A program made the translations under genes and the position numbers. From NCBI RefSeq assembly GCF_009914755.1, contig NC_060942.1: a stretch of 64,000 nucleotides of DNA. The stretch is one strand, 5' to 3'. This document shows positions 16,321 through 29,850 of the stretch, piece after piece (the first letter of the stretch is position 1; every line of letters begins with the position of its first letter). Source of the stretch: the human T2T-CHM13v2.0 reference genome, Homo sapiens. The notes beneath the pieces were generated by a model. It saw only the letters and a program-made list of their open reading frames with translations. It had not been told where the DNA came from and did not search any database.

Positions 16321-16745
16321 CAACAGCAGAGCTTGAGACAAGAATTCGGGTGTAGATATTTATATGGAAGGTAATCTGGGAAGCAAGAGTGAAGGAGCAG
16401 AGGGTGAGACAGGCAAGGGGGCTTGGTTCCAATGGCCCTCTCAGGCCATACTAAATGCCTCCCAGAACTTTCTGTCTGGAATATGGGCATATTTATCCAC
16501 TATGTTCCAGTCCCTATTACTTGAAGTTTGTCCCTAGCATATTTCATTTCTGGGATGCTCCAGAGCACAGAATAAACAAATTCCTGTGGCACTGGAAAAG
16601 GCACTGGGGCAAATGAAAAAAGCTGTGGTGCTTGCTTGAGATGGGTCACTGTCGACGCAAAATGAGAGTGAGCCTACATAAAACCATTCACTGCAGCTGA
16701 AGTTGAAATCAAATGCGAGCAGACAGGATTGATGTAGGCACCAGG
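16321..16745 (-). mobile_element. Old ERVL-class solo LTR (LTR16/LTR33-like)
   Basis: agcagagcttgagacaagaattcgggtgtagatatttatatggaagg resembles the antisense 3' end of these LTRs. Confidence 0.5.
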
Positions 16746-16789
16746 GGCCTGTGATACACAAAAGAAAGCAGAAGACCACTTACAAATGC

Positions 16790-17245
16790 ATTCGGTTTGA
16801 GATTAGACATCCAAGTGTAGGGGTCAGGTAGACAGACAATGGGATACAGAAGTGTGGAGCTCAAGAGAAAGGTCTGGAATGGAGATATATATTTGGGAAT
16901 TGTCAGCATATACATGATGTTTATATCTATGGAACTTGATGCCATCAATCACCAAGTCAGTGTATGGAGAGAGGGAGAGAACAAAGACTTAGCTTTGGGA
17001 CATTCCAAAATTAAGACATTGGGGAAAAAAAAAAAAGAGAAGAAATAATCAGCAAAAGCTAAGAAGTGTTTAGTAGCAAACAACAAACTGGGGAGTATGA
17101 AAAGATGATATCCCGGATACAAGTGAAGAAATGGTACCAAAAGAACAGAAGAGGTTGTCAGTATCAAATGCTGCTTAGAGGTCAAGGAAGATAAAACTGA
17201 GTATTGTCATCGGAAGGTCACTAAGGACCTCAATGAAAGTACTGG
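16790..17245 (-). mobile_element. L2 LINE fragment
   Basis: tagacatccaagtg...ggagctcaagagaaaggtctggaatggagatatatatttggga is antisense L2. Confidence 0.8.
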
Positions 17246-17545
17246 AGTTTCTGAATTTTAGTTGATGTTTCCTTAAGGTAATTCAAACATCAATAAACAA
17301 GCATCAACCTCTCTTCCCCAGGGTTTGTCAAACACTGCTCTGCCAACTTGTGTGCTTCCAAAGTAAAACTATCAGCAAACCATAGCAAATTACAAGAAAA
17401 AGACAAGGCAGCATTTCTTTTCAGTGTAATTGAGTTAACTATTCTTTATACATTTTCAAAAATTAAAATATCCCTTTTTAAGTGAAATGATACTTTTTCC
17501 TAGCAAAATAACATGTATGCACACCTGTGTTAACCTTAAATAAAA

Positions 17546-17735
17546 AATACATATATACATATATATATATATGTTCCACATATATATGGGGGCTGTGTAA
17601 GGGTGGGTGTGTGTATGTGTTGTATGTGTGTGTGTATTTCTAATATATATATGTATATATTACATATATAGTAATATAGATATATGAGATAGATATGTAA
17701 TATATATACACATATGTAATATGTGTGTGTGCATG
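17546..17735. repeat. Compound (TA)/(TG) low-complexity repeat
   Basis: Interleaved TA, TG and TATG runs. Confidence 0.9.
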
Positions 17736-18329
17736 TAACTATGAAATCCAAAACTCTGGAAAATATTGCTTTAGCCTATAAAACTCTGGTATCAGACAAA
17801 AGCAGTTTTACTTGGTCAAGGGCTATATGTGATAAAAAGAGGTGAAAAAAGCAAGACAATATATGTAGTGGTGAGGAGAATGGATTTAGGACAGAAATGT
17901 TCTTCTGTTACTTTTCTCTGACACCTTAGCCATAGTAGAGGGATGCTTGCTTGATGCAATTTATAGCTTAGCTAAATAAAAAATGATTTGCCTGAACTGT
18001 TAAGCATATTGAAAGATTTTCTGTTACCAAAGATTGCTACGAAGCCTATGATACATGCTGATTTTTTCCTTGCTGAAGGATCTTTATTACCTCTCATTTT
18101 AGAACTGCTTAAGATTCTGTTCACTTCATTGCATCTTGTCTTTCTGTTCTCAATTATCCTAAAAACTCAAGGATTTAAGAATCTTAATAAGCAATTCTGT
18201 AATGACAGGTAATTTCCCAGTTTTTTAGGTTTACAGTGCTGTCCTCATTCTAACTGTTTAGTATGGATGCTTAGCTCAGCCTTTCTTCTTTTCAGATACA
18301 AAATTTTAGGCTTCATAGTTCTGTATAAA

Positions 18330-19330
18330 TTCCATATTTCAAAATTAATTGTCTGTATCATATGTTTATCATTTGGTGTCTAATATTTTTCTAATATTTG
18401 ATTTCTTTGACCTATATATCTTTTATAAGTGTGTTCTCATCAACTTTTTGTTACTGATTTTTAACTTGATAGCATAATGGTAAAAAATGTGACTTTTATG
18501 ACATTAATTCTTTGAGATGTATTAAAGCTTGCTTTATAAAGCCAATATTTAGTCAATTGTCTGTGTATGCTTGTAAAGAATGTTTTATAGCTCCTGAATA
18601 TGGTAACATATATGTCCATTACATCAAATTGATTAACCTGTTTTTAACAAATCTGTATCATTGCTGATATTTTTTGGTCTGCTTTTTCTAATAAGTACTG
18701 ATCTAGATATTTTTATATGCCCATCTTCATGATAGGTTGCTTTATTTTTGTATAGCTGTTATTATTTTTTGCTGTATATATTTTGAGTCTTTCTTATTAG
18801 ATGCATACAACTTCAGAATTATTTATCATTATGACATGACATTAACTCTTATAATGTTTCTACCTCTTAAGTTTATTTCACTTGAAATTAAAAGACTACA
18901 ATCGATTTTCTTTTTTAATTGACATAATAGTTGTACATATTTTAGGAGTACATGTGATATTTCGGTACCTATATACAATGTGTAATGATCAAATCAGGGT
19001 AACTGAAACTTCCACCCAATCACTGCAAGCATTTATCTTTTCTTTGCATTGGGACACTTTATTTTTTTTATTATTGGCATGAGTTACTTTTTCTAAACAT
19101 TTACTTTTGAAAATTTCTATGTCATTATCTCTTAGATGTATCTCTTATAGACAGAAACACCTTTAGTTTTGAAGTCTAGTTTGACAATCTATTTAAATTG
19201 TAACATTTTATTCTTTTGTATTTATTGCAATTACAAGTAATTTTTGATTTATTTTGTGCTTAGATTTGGTCTACCAGTTCTTTGTACGTTTTTCTTCCTT
19301 TTTACCTTCTCTTATATTGGAACTATTTTT
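18330..19330 (-). mobile_element. Degenerate L1ME-like fragment with nested L1MA 3' end (~18912-19070)
   Basis: T-rich antisense L1; tttttaattgacataatagttgtacatattttaggagtacatgtgata is an antisense L1MA terminus. Confidence 0.65.
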
Positions 19331-19741
19331 CCTCATTCAATTTTTTCTCTACTAATTTATGTTATACACTATTATAACATATTATTATACACTATTATAT
19401 TAAATAATGTTTTTACTATTTGAAAATTACTCTTTATCCTATCATTCAGATATTATAGAAGGAATAATAACAATTGTCTGCAAGGGATACTTATTTACAT
19501 GAATGATAGAAAGTTTCTAGAAATAAACTTATTCTAAGGGAAAGAAAAGTAGTTTATACAAAAAATATAAGATTATTAGAATAATTTGGAAGAAATTGGA
19601 TGAAAAGCATGAGAAATAAATAAATAGATAAAGCATCTTAGTATTCAAGAAGAATTTATTTAGAAACCTTCGTGAATATGCAAATTCACAGTTTTAGAGC
19701 ATAAAATTTGTTTTCATAAAATATAATTAAATATAACCCCA

Positions 19742-19832
19742 ACTAGAATGTAAGCTCCATGAAGGTAGGAATTTTTAACTCTTTTGTTCACTGCTATATT
19801 CTTATTTACTAGAAGAATACTTAGCATATAAA
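19742..19832 (+). mobile_element. L2 3' end
   Basis: ctagaatgtaagctccatgaaggtagg...ttgttcactgctatatt. Confidence 0.7.
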
Positions 19833-19891
19833 ATATGAATATGCATTAATAAGCCACTTTAAGAAAACTTTAATAATAATAAATGAAGAAT

Positions 19892-20411
19892 TGTGTTGAA
19901 TATTTTTCATTAATCCCTCCAGATCCACTCTATAAAAACTGCACAAAGGTTCACTGGACCTTTATTAAAGGTCCAATAAAGGAAATGGGTTCATCAAGAG
20001 GTTTATTGAGTTCATCAAGAGGTTTCCTTACTATTTGGCTTCAACTAAGGCTCAGCCAATGGCAGGCCTCAGCTGGAGATCAGATGGTGGGAAGCGTGTA
20101 AGAATGGGTATTTCCCTGGCTCCATCTCTGCCAAGTTGCCATGCATTTGCTGCATCATTCCTCTGAAGGCCATGGCCCTTAGAATATCTGCTGCTCTTTG
20201 CAGTTTCAGGCAATTCCTCCCACACTTTAACACCTTAGACCCAGGAATGGTAGCAACTTCCTACTCTTGCTTGCCTTGGGGCTCTGAGCCTCTGTTTATT
20301 TGTTTCCCTTAAACTTGTCTTCACCTTTGCAAATAATCCCTTTATTCATCTTCTCTCAATTCCCATATTTAAGTGTACCATCCTCTTCCAACTTAGATTC
20401 TGACTTTGACA
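19892..20411 (+). mobile_element. Old ERVL-class solo LTR
   Basis: TG...CA ends; tgcaaataatccctttattcatcttctctcaa...gtgtaccatc resembles an ERVL LTR 3' end; subfamily uncertain. Confidence 0.5.
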
Positions 20412-21019
20412 AAGACTAAACTCATTTATAACAAGATTAAAATAAATGTGATTTGAGTATCCAGAGAAACAGTTTCATTAGTTTTTTCATCTGGTCTTGA
20501 CTCCCTAAAGATGTTATGGTAGACTGATTCTAAAAAGAAATTGATTGATGCTGAATCTGATATGCCGGAATTTATATTACTCAACATTAATATTTTCTAG
20601 CTAAGATCCATCTAGTTCTTAGATCTCAGCACATTTTCTTCATTTCCATCACCAATGTCTTTTAGAGCCATTTTCACAGACACACCAACTCAAAAAAAAT
20701 TGTTTTTGTTCTTGTTTTATCACTTTTCAAGAACTACTGCCAGCATTGTGATAAAAAGAAACAATAGAGCTAAGAGGTGAACAGCTAAGCACCCCTTCCC
20801 ACACCAGCCTCTTCAGACCTATGACTAAAGTTGATACTACAGCAATATTACACATTATCACATGTCACAGATCTTCAGGGTTGTTCACAAACAGGTTAAA
20901 CCACGAATATTACATTTATAAATGCAAAAAGTCTTGTATATTACTTTGTGAATATATTTTAAATCTTCGGTCTGGTGTGGCCTATAAAATAATATCATAG
21001 AATGAATTAGTTGAGCACT

Positions 21020-21190
21020 ACATTCTCTCATAATAACAAATTTTTGAGGCAGGCACTACTTTTACCCTTGCTTTCAGACAAGAAAACTGTGAAATATACA
21101 AGTTAAGTAAATGATGCAAGTTTATAGAGTTAATAAGTGCTAGAGCTGGGAATCCAATAAAGCTGCAAAGTTGATGCTCTTAACTCCAAA
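21020..21190 (-). mobile_element. MIR SINE
   Basis: tttcagacaagaaaactgtg...gttaagtaa...taagtgctagagctgggaatcc. Confidence 0.7.
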
Positions 21191-21204
21191 CTTTCAAGAG
21201 ATCA

Positions 21205-21420
21205 AATGGTGGTATAGAGCAAGAGTTATTAGTTGCAAGAGATAGACAGCAAGATGAGGCTTCTGTCTCACTATCGGCCATTATTAAATAATTGTGTGTC
21301 CTATTCAGACTCTATATCACATACGTAAAATGGAGATAGTAAAAATGCCAACTCATGGGGTGCTGTCAGTAATGAGCTAAATTAAATAAGACAATGAATG
21401 TCAATAATTTGGCTCAGTAC
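21205..21420 (+). mobile_element. MIR SINE (head-to-head with previous MIR)
   Basis: catacgtaaaatggagatagtaaaaatgccaactcatggggtgctgt. Confidence 0.55.
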
Positions 21421-22966
21421 ATTTTAGGTAATATCATTTTTTAAATTTCTTGAAATATCTGTCAAATGCAATTGTTTTAGTTATAGAGTTGATTTATCTC
21501 AATTACTGGCAAAATAAATAATGTATTGCTTTCATGTTGTAATGACAAGATACACAAGCCACACATATGTGTCTTACTCTCTTCAATTTTTATAGCAAGA
21601 AAATGTACATTCAAATCAATTTTAAACAAGGTCAAATGAATAACCATTTCTCCCAGGCTCCCCAGGGGTAGAAAAGCGAGTGTTCTCTAGACTTGTTTTG
21701 TTCAAAATTTGAATCCCACTCTAAAGAATTTCAGTGTGTTGGGTGGTATTAGCAAGATAACTTTCCTGAAGACATACCCTTCTCAGAGGACAACATGCTA
21801 GAGCAATCCATGACTTTATAGGAAATCGAACATCTTCCTTGCAACATATTATTTCCATCCAGTTTTACCTGCTGGTAATATTTAGAGTGAAGTCCAGAAT
21901 CTTACCAAAGTGGAATGATGAGAAATATTATTAATTCACATGGATAAACACTGAGGGAATCCACAAATCAATGAATTTAATGTTCTACTTCACTTCCAAA
22001 GTGCATTAAAAGATGTTGCCCAGATTCTCCAAAGGGAAGGCAGCCTGGGAAAGAAACCAGAACATCCTATCCTGATGGCTTCGTCTGTGGCCCAGTACTG
22101 AACAAAACATGTCTTGTTTTTGCCCTTAGTGCACCAAAAAATGTCAATGTTCTTGACAATCAGATGAATATCTAAGTGTTAATGCCTACCTCCTAAGATA
22201 GATTAAGAATACAGAAAAAATATGGAACATATTTTTGGAATATCACCTGGGCTTGAGGGTCATCTAAAATACAACTTTGTTGTCTTTTTAAAAATCAAAA
22301 TATTATGAGCCATAATTCAAAAGTTATATTAATTTTTATCATGAAATACAAGATTTTGAGAAGGGCCAAGATGGCTAACTAGAAACAGCTAGTGTGCACT
22401 GCTCTCATGGAGAGAATAAAAAGTGGCAAGTAAATGCCACATCTTCAACTGAAACATACTAGTGGACATATGGGATTCATCAAGGAAACAACTTGACCCA
22501 CAGAGAATGGAGAGGAGCAAGACAGGATGACCACCCATTCAGTAGTGGAATGGAGCCAGGGGAGGCTCCCCAACAGCAGGGAAATGGGGAGTGAGTGAGA
22601 AACTCTGTTGACCCACACTTCTCCCATGGATTTTTGTAGCCCTGGCCTTAGAAGACCCCCTCATGAGCCCATCCCACCAGGGCCATCAGACTGACATGCA
22701 GAGATAACATGGAGTTTTGAAAGAGCTGCCAATTAGGCACACCTGGAGTACTGGTAGCCTTGGATTTCTGAGCATCCCGGCATCAGCACTGCAGCTCTGG
22801 CAAAGGGGCAGGCTAGGCTCCCTCACAGGCCCCCAGGAAAGGGGCCGAATCCAGAGGACTGAGCAGTGATGGTCTGCAGGCCTCAATTCCAATGAATCTC
22901 TCAGGATAAGACCTACTAAGCTGGGACTCCAGCCATCTGCCACTGGGTCTCTTGGCCTGGTAACAA

Positions 22967-24420
22967 CTCTGTACTTCCCTTGGATGAAGCTGTCACAGGG
23001 AGGGACAGGCTGCTATCTTTACTGTCTTGCCATCCTGGCTGTTGTTGCCTCCATACTCTGGAGAGTCCATGGTGATGAGGGATTGGTGTGGACCCTCAGC
23101 ACAGCATTACAGCCCCACATAAAAGCAGCCAGAATGTTTTTTACGTGGGTCCCTGATCTTGCTTCTCTTCACTGGGCAGAACCTCCTGTGCTGGGGCTCT
23201 AGCCACCCCCTGCCCCTGCCCTTGGGCTAGTAGCAGCTCTGCATTTCCCTGGGACAGAGCTCCCAGAGGGAGGGGCACACTGTCATCTTTGCTGTCTCAC
23301 AGCCCTTGCTGTTGTTACTATCAGGCTCTAGAGAGTCTACAGTGACTAGAGACTGGTGCAGACCCCCAGCCCAGTGCAGCCGCCCCAAGGAAAACTGGCC
23401 AGACTGTTCACATGGGTCTCCGTTCCCATTTCTCCTCACTGGGAGGGACCACCTAACCTGGGACTCCAGCACAACTACCCTGCCCCAGCCTGAACACTTC
23501 AGTCAGAGACAGCTTTGCATTTCTCTGAGGAGAAAATCCTAGAGTCAACCAATAACCACTCTGCCATTGCAGTTGCAATGGTACCACCCTAACCGCCCTC
23601 AGGCTGGGAAAGAAGCAAAGGGCCTAGTCGTTATGTTGGCACCTCCAGCACACTGCAGCCACCATACAGAGAGGAGCCCAGGCTCCCTTCCCTGTGAGCC
23701 CCACCCCCATTCTTCACCAGGCAGGCCCCCTGCTCAGGACCACAGATCAGCCACCCCACCCATGGATGAGCACAACCACTGGGAGTGGCTCTGAGTTTCC
23801 CTGTGGAGAGGCTCCAAGAGGCAACTGACAGCCCTTCTGTCACTGCCACAGCCATGCTTCTGCCCTTACTGCCCTTGGTCTGAGGAAAAAACAAAGAGCT
23901 TGAGGGCTTCACATGAACTTACAGCATAACACAGCCACCATATGGAGAGGAGCTCAATCTCTCCTCCCTGTGAGCTCTCTACCCCTTGCTCCCCAACAAG
24001 CAGAGCCCCCAGCTCAGGCCAGCAATGCAGCTGCCTCACTCCCTGGCTGAACATACCCACTAGTCACAGCTCCATGTATCTCAGAGGTGGAGCTCACAGA
24101 AGCAACCAGAAACTCCTCTGCCACTGCATTGGTACTGCCCTTGCTGCCCTAAAACTGAAAAAGGAGCAATGACCCTGAGTGCTTTATCCACACCTGCAGC
24201 AAGGTGCAGTTGCTCCAAGGAGAGGAGGTCAGTCTGTCTCCCCCAGGTCCCACCTGCCTCTCTACTAGTCACAAGGCAGAACTCCACTGGCTTGGGCCCA
24301 CAACACAGCCACCGGCCCTGGGCCTATCACACTGATTGATTATGGCTCTGCATCTCTCTGGGGTAAAGATCAAGAGAAAACTGAAAGGTCTTCTGCCACA
24401 ACCACTATTAAGGTTCCTTT
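22967..24420 (+). repeat. Degenerate ~276-bp tandem array in L1 5'UTR
   Basis: Motif ctctgcatttccct..gagctcc.agag recurs at 22967, 23237, 23513, 23789, 24070, 24346. Confidence 0.75.
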
Positions 24421-25040
24421 TCCTGCTGTCTCCAAGCTGAGGAGGGAACATAAACCCTGAGATCATCCCAGAGCTGTGGTGGGCAGCCCAGGAGAGCAAA
24501 GCTGAGATTGGCAGCCAGCTCTTTAATAGAGAGAGGAGCGCACACTTTCAAAGCACTGAGAAGGAGCATGGCTGCAATTGTGAGGAAATACAGAAGAGCC
24601 ACTTGACTGAGCAAGAGCCTATCTACCAACCAGACCATTATGCTTAAGCACCATGTACTGGATCACAATTGAAAGTTCAATAACAAAAATACTTTGTTAA
24701 CATACCCCCCTGTGAAACTAAAGACAAGAAGGCAGCTATAAATAAAGACCTGGTAGAAAGCCTTGACACTCTGAAAACATCAAGAAAGAAGTCTACTGAC
24801 TTCTCAATTTATACCACAGTTAAAGGAACACCTGCCCACGGAGATGAGAAAGAACTAGCACAAGAACTCTTATAACTCAAAAAGCCTGTGTCTTCTTTCC
24901 ACCAAACGATGACACTAGTACCCCCACAGGGGTTCCTAACTGGGAGGTAATGGCTGAAATGATAGAAATAGAATTCAGCATATGGATAGGGATGGAGGTT
25001 ATCAAGATGGAGCATGTTGAAACCCAATCCAAGAAATCTA

Positions 25041-25461
<421 letters not shown>

Positions 25462-25893
25462 TTAACAGTGGAATAGATCAAGCTGAAGAAAGAATCTCAG
25501 AGCTTGAAGACTGGATTTCTGAAATAAGACAGACAAAAAAAGAAAAAAAATAACAAAACCCTTGAGAATTACGGGATTACGTAAAGAGACCAAATCTATG
25601 ACTCACTGGCATCCCTGAAAGAAAGAGATAGAAAGCAATTAACTTGGAAAACATATTTCAATATATCATCTATAAAGACTTCCCCAACATCTCTAGAGAG
25701 ACCAACATTCAAATTCAAGAAATGCACATAACTCCTGCAAAATACAACACAAAGCAGACTATCCCTAAGACATGTAAGGGCAGCTCACCTACAAAGGGAA
25801 GCCTGGCAGGCTAACAGTGGGCCTTTTAGCAGAAACTATAGAAGCCAGAAGAGATTAAGGGTCTATCTTAAACATTCTTAAAAAAAAATATTC

Positions 25894-26194
<301 letters not shown>

Positions 26195-26866
26195 TCAAAC
26201 AAAAATTTCATCTCCAGCCAAACTAAGCTTCATAAGTGAAGAAACAAGATCAATTTTAGACAAGCAAATGCTGAGAGAGTTCATTACTACCAGGGCTGCC
26301 TTATAAGAGATCCTGAAAGGAGTGCCAAATATGAAAAGAAAGATGACTATCGGCCACTACAAAAAATATGTAAGTACACATACCAGTGACACTATAAAGC
26401 AACCACACAAACAAGTGTGCATCATAACCAGCTAACAACATGATGACAGGATCAAACCCACACATATCAACATTAACATTGAATATAAATGGGCTAAATG
26501 CCCATTTAAAAGTTATAGAGTGGTACACTGGATAGAAAAGCCATACCAAAGTTATGCTGTCTTCAAGAGACTGATCTCACAGGCAATGACACCCATAGGC
26601 TCAAAATAAAGAGATGGAGAAAAATCTACCAAGCAAGTGAGAAACAAAAAAACGCAGGGGTTGCAATGCTAATTTTGAACAAAACAGACATTCAACAAAC
26701 AATGATCAAAAAAGATAAAGAAGAGCATTACATAATGGCAAAGGATTCAGTTCAATAATAAGACCTAATTATGATAAATATATATGCACTCAACATAGAA
26801 GCACATAGATTCATAAAGCAAGTTCTTAGAGACTCATGAAGGGACTTAGATTCCCACACAATAATA

Positions 26867-27265
26867 GTGAGAGACTTCAAAACACACCTGACAATATTAG
26901 ACAGACCATCAAGGCACAAAATTAACAAAGCTACTCAGGACTCAAACTCAACACTTGACCAAATGGACCTAATAAAGATCTTCAGAACTCTTCACCCAAA
27001 AACAACAGAATATACATTCTTCCCATTGCTACATGGCACATACTCTAAAATTGACCAAATAATCAGACATAAAACAATCCTCAGCAAATTTGAAAAAATC
27101 AAAATCATAACAATTATGCTCTCAGACCACAACACAATCAAAATAGAAATCAATATTAAGAAAATTGCTCAAAACTATACAATTCCATGGAAATTAAACA
27201 ACCTGCTCCTTAATGATTTTGGGGTAAATAATGGAATTAAGGCAGAAATCAAGAAGTTCTTTTAA
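26867..27265 (+). pseudogene. L1 ORF2 endonuclease-domain remnant
   Basis: Translation contains DF..., EYTFF...HGTYSKID, SDHN..K.EI motifs; frame broken either side. Confidence 0.9.
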
Positions 27266-28568
27266 ATTAATGAGAACAAAGATACAACATACCAGAATCT
27301 ATGAAACATGGCTAAGGCAATGTTAAGATGGAAATTTATAGTGCTAAACAGCCACATGAAAAACTTAGAAAGATCTTGAATTAACAACCTAACATCACAA
27401 CTAAAAGAACTAAAAAGAAAGATGAAGCCAACCCTAAGGCTAGCAGAAGACAAAAAATAACCAAAATCAGAGGTAAGCTGAAAGAAATTGACACAGGAAT
27501 AAACATACAAAAGAATGGCAAATCCAGGAGTTTGTACTTTGAAAAAATTAATAAAATACATACACAGCTAGCTAGGCTAATAAGAAAAGACAGAAGGTCC
27601 AAATAAGCATAATTGGAAATGACAAAAGGAACATTATGACTGATGACATAGAAATGCAAAATCCATGAGAGACTATGCACATAATCCAGAAAATCTAGAA
27701 GAAATGGATAAATTCCTGGATATATAAAACCTCCCAAGACTAAACCAGGAAGAAATTGAATCCCTGGGCAGATCAATGATGAGTCCTGAAATTGAATAAG
27801 TAATAAAAAGCCTACCTACCAAAAAAAGCCTAGGACCAGAAAGATTCACAATCAAATTCTACCGTATGTATAAAGAAGAGCTAGTACCACTCCTACTGAA
27901 ACTATTTCAAAAAATTTGGGAGGAGTGACTCCTCTCTAACTCATTCTATGAGGCCACCATCCTCCTGATACCAAAAACGGGAAGAAACACAATAAAAAAC
28001 GAAAAGTTTAGGCCAATATTGTTGATAAGCATAGAAGCAAAGTTCTCAACAGAAAAACTAGCAAATGAATGCAGCAGCACATCAAAAATATAATCCAGCA
28101 TGATCAAGTAGGCTTTATGCCTGGGATGCAAAGTTAGTTCAACATATGCAGATCAATAAATGTGATACATCACATAAAAATAACTAAAGACAAAACCACA
28201 TGATTATCTCAATAGATGCAGAAAAGGCTTTCAATAAAATTCAGCATCTCTTCATGTTAAATACCCTCAATAAACTAGGCATTGAAGGAACCTACCTCAA
28301 AATAATAAGAGCTGTATATGACAAACCAACATCATACTGAATGGGCAAAAAAGCTGGAAGCATTCCTCCTGAAAACCAACACAAGACAAGGATGCCCTCT
28401 CTCACCACTCCTATTCAACATATTATTAGAAGTCTTAGCCAGAGCAATCAGGCAAGAGAAAGAAATGAAAGTCATCCGAGTAGGAAGAGAGGACATCAAA
28501 CTATGTATTTTCACAGATGATATGATTCAGGGCTCTATTTTAACTTAGGCATTTTAATCCAAAACTAG

Positions 28569-28569
<1 letters not shown>

Positions 28570-28605
<36 letters not shown>

Positions 28606-28620
28606 CACATGCACACACAC
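28570..28620. repeat. (CA)n microsatellite
   Basis: About 17 perfect CA units plus a degenerate tail. Confidence 0.95.
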
Positions 28621-28719
28621 AGTTACTAAATATAATAGAACAAAAAAACTAAAACTAAAAAATGGAAACTAAAATGCTATTTGAGCTTTCAACCACAAGA
28701 TGATGAATAGTATAATAGC

Positions 28720-29043
28720 AGCTGTGAGCTGAATGTTTAAGTCCCAAAAATTTATATATTAAATCTTAATCCCCAAAGTGATAGTATTAGGAGATAAAAC
28801 CTTTTGGGAGGCAATATAATATGTGCCATTATAGGACCACAGGAATTTGTTTGCCCTATTGTGAGGGCACAACAAGAAGGTACCATCTATGAACAAGGAA
28901 GCAAGTCCTCACCAGCCACTGAATCTGCCAGTGTCTTGATCCTGGATTTCCCAGCCCTCAGAACTGTAAGAAATAGATTTCTGTTGTTTATAAGCCACTC
29001 AGTCAGTAGTATTTTGTTATAATAGACTAAATGGAGTAAGACA
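28720..29043 (+). mobile_element. MaLR solo LTR (MLT1A-like)
   Basis: gaatctgccagtgtcttgatcctggatttcccagccctcagaactgtaagaaata...taagaca end. Confidence 0.88.
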
Positions 29044-29634
29044 GTAGTCAGACTGAAATAGCTCTACCTATATGGCCTGTTTATTCTCATGTTAAATATT
29101 GACCTAAGAAATCAAGGCATCAGATGGCTAATAAGAATGCAGGCTTAAGCTTGAAGTGATAGTTCAGCAAATTAATAATTCTATAGTTTCACATATTAAA
29201 CTCAGTTTAATCAATAACATAAACTAAAATGTTGTTAAGAACTTACACACTATTATTTAGTTGATGTTGTTTTGATGGGAGCTTAAAGATTTGATTTTAA
29301 CTTCACCATTATTAGTTTAGAAAGCTCTAAGTTGTTTTGTCTAATTATAATTGAAGTTAATCTGCTGAATTTTTCTTGGGGAAAAATTCTAGTGTCTTAT
29401 TTTCCAGTGATTTAAAGGGTTACTAGCCTGGAGAAGTTTTTGTAAGTCCTTGATACTTGAAAAGTGACATTCATTCCTTTATTATCATCATTAACAACAT
29501 TGTCATTTCTAGGTAAGAGTGTTCTCCCAGTGGTGTGTGAGCCCTCATCACATTAGTTAATGAGATTGGACAAGGGTTTAATTTACTTCTGTCACCTCAC
29601 TCTTCTAACTCAGAATATGTGGCCAAAGATTCAT

Positions 29635-29850
29635 AAGCTTTATTGTACAACATGGTGACTACAGTTAATACTGTATTTTTTTCTGTAAAAACTGCCGAGA
29701 AAGTCGATTTTAAATGTTCTCATCATGAAAAAAGGTAAGTATATGAGGTAATGGACATGCTAATTAGATTGATTTAACCATTGCACAATGAGCACATATA
29801 ACAAAATATCGTGATGTATACCATAAATATGTGCAATTATGTCAATTGAA
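29635..29850 (+). mobile_element. L1M 3' end fragment
   Basis: tacaacatggtgactacagttaata...ggtaagtatatgaggtaatggacatgctaattag. Confidence 0.75.

Noticed and set aside
22967-24420. Regularly spaced motif as a CRISPR-like array
   Set aside because: Eukaryotic L1 5'UTR; whole units are homologous and degenerate, with no identical repeats, unique spacers or cas genes.
27262-28514. Hydrophobic minus-strand ORFs resembling membrane proteins
   Set aside because: Typical artefact of translating the T-rich antisense strand of L1.
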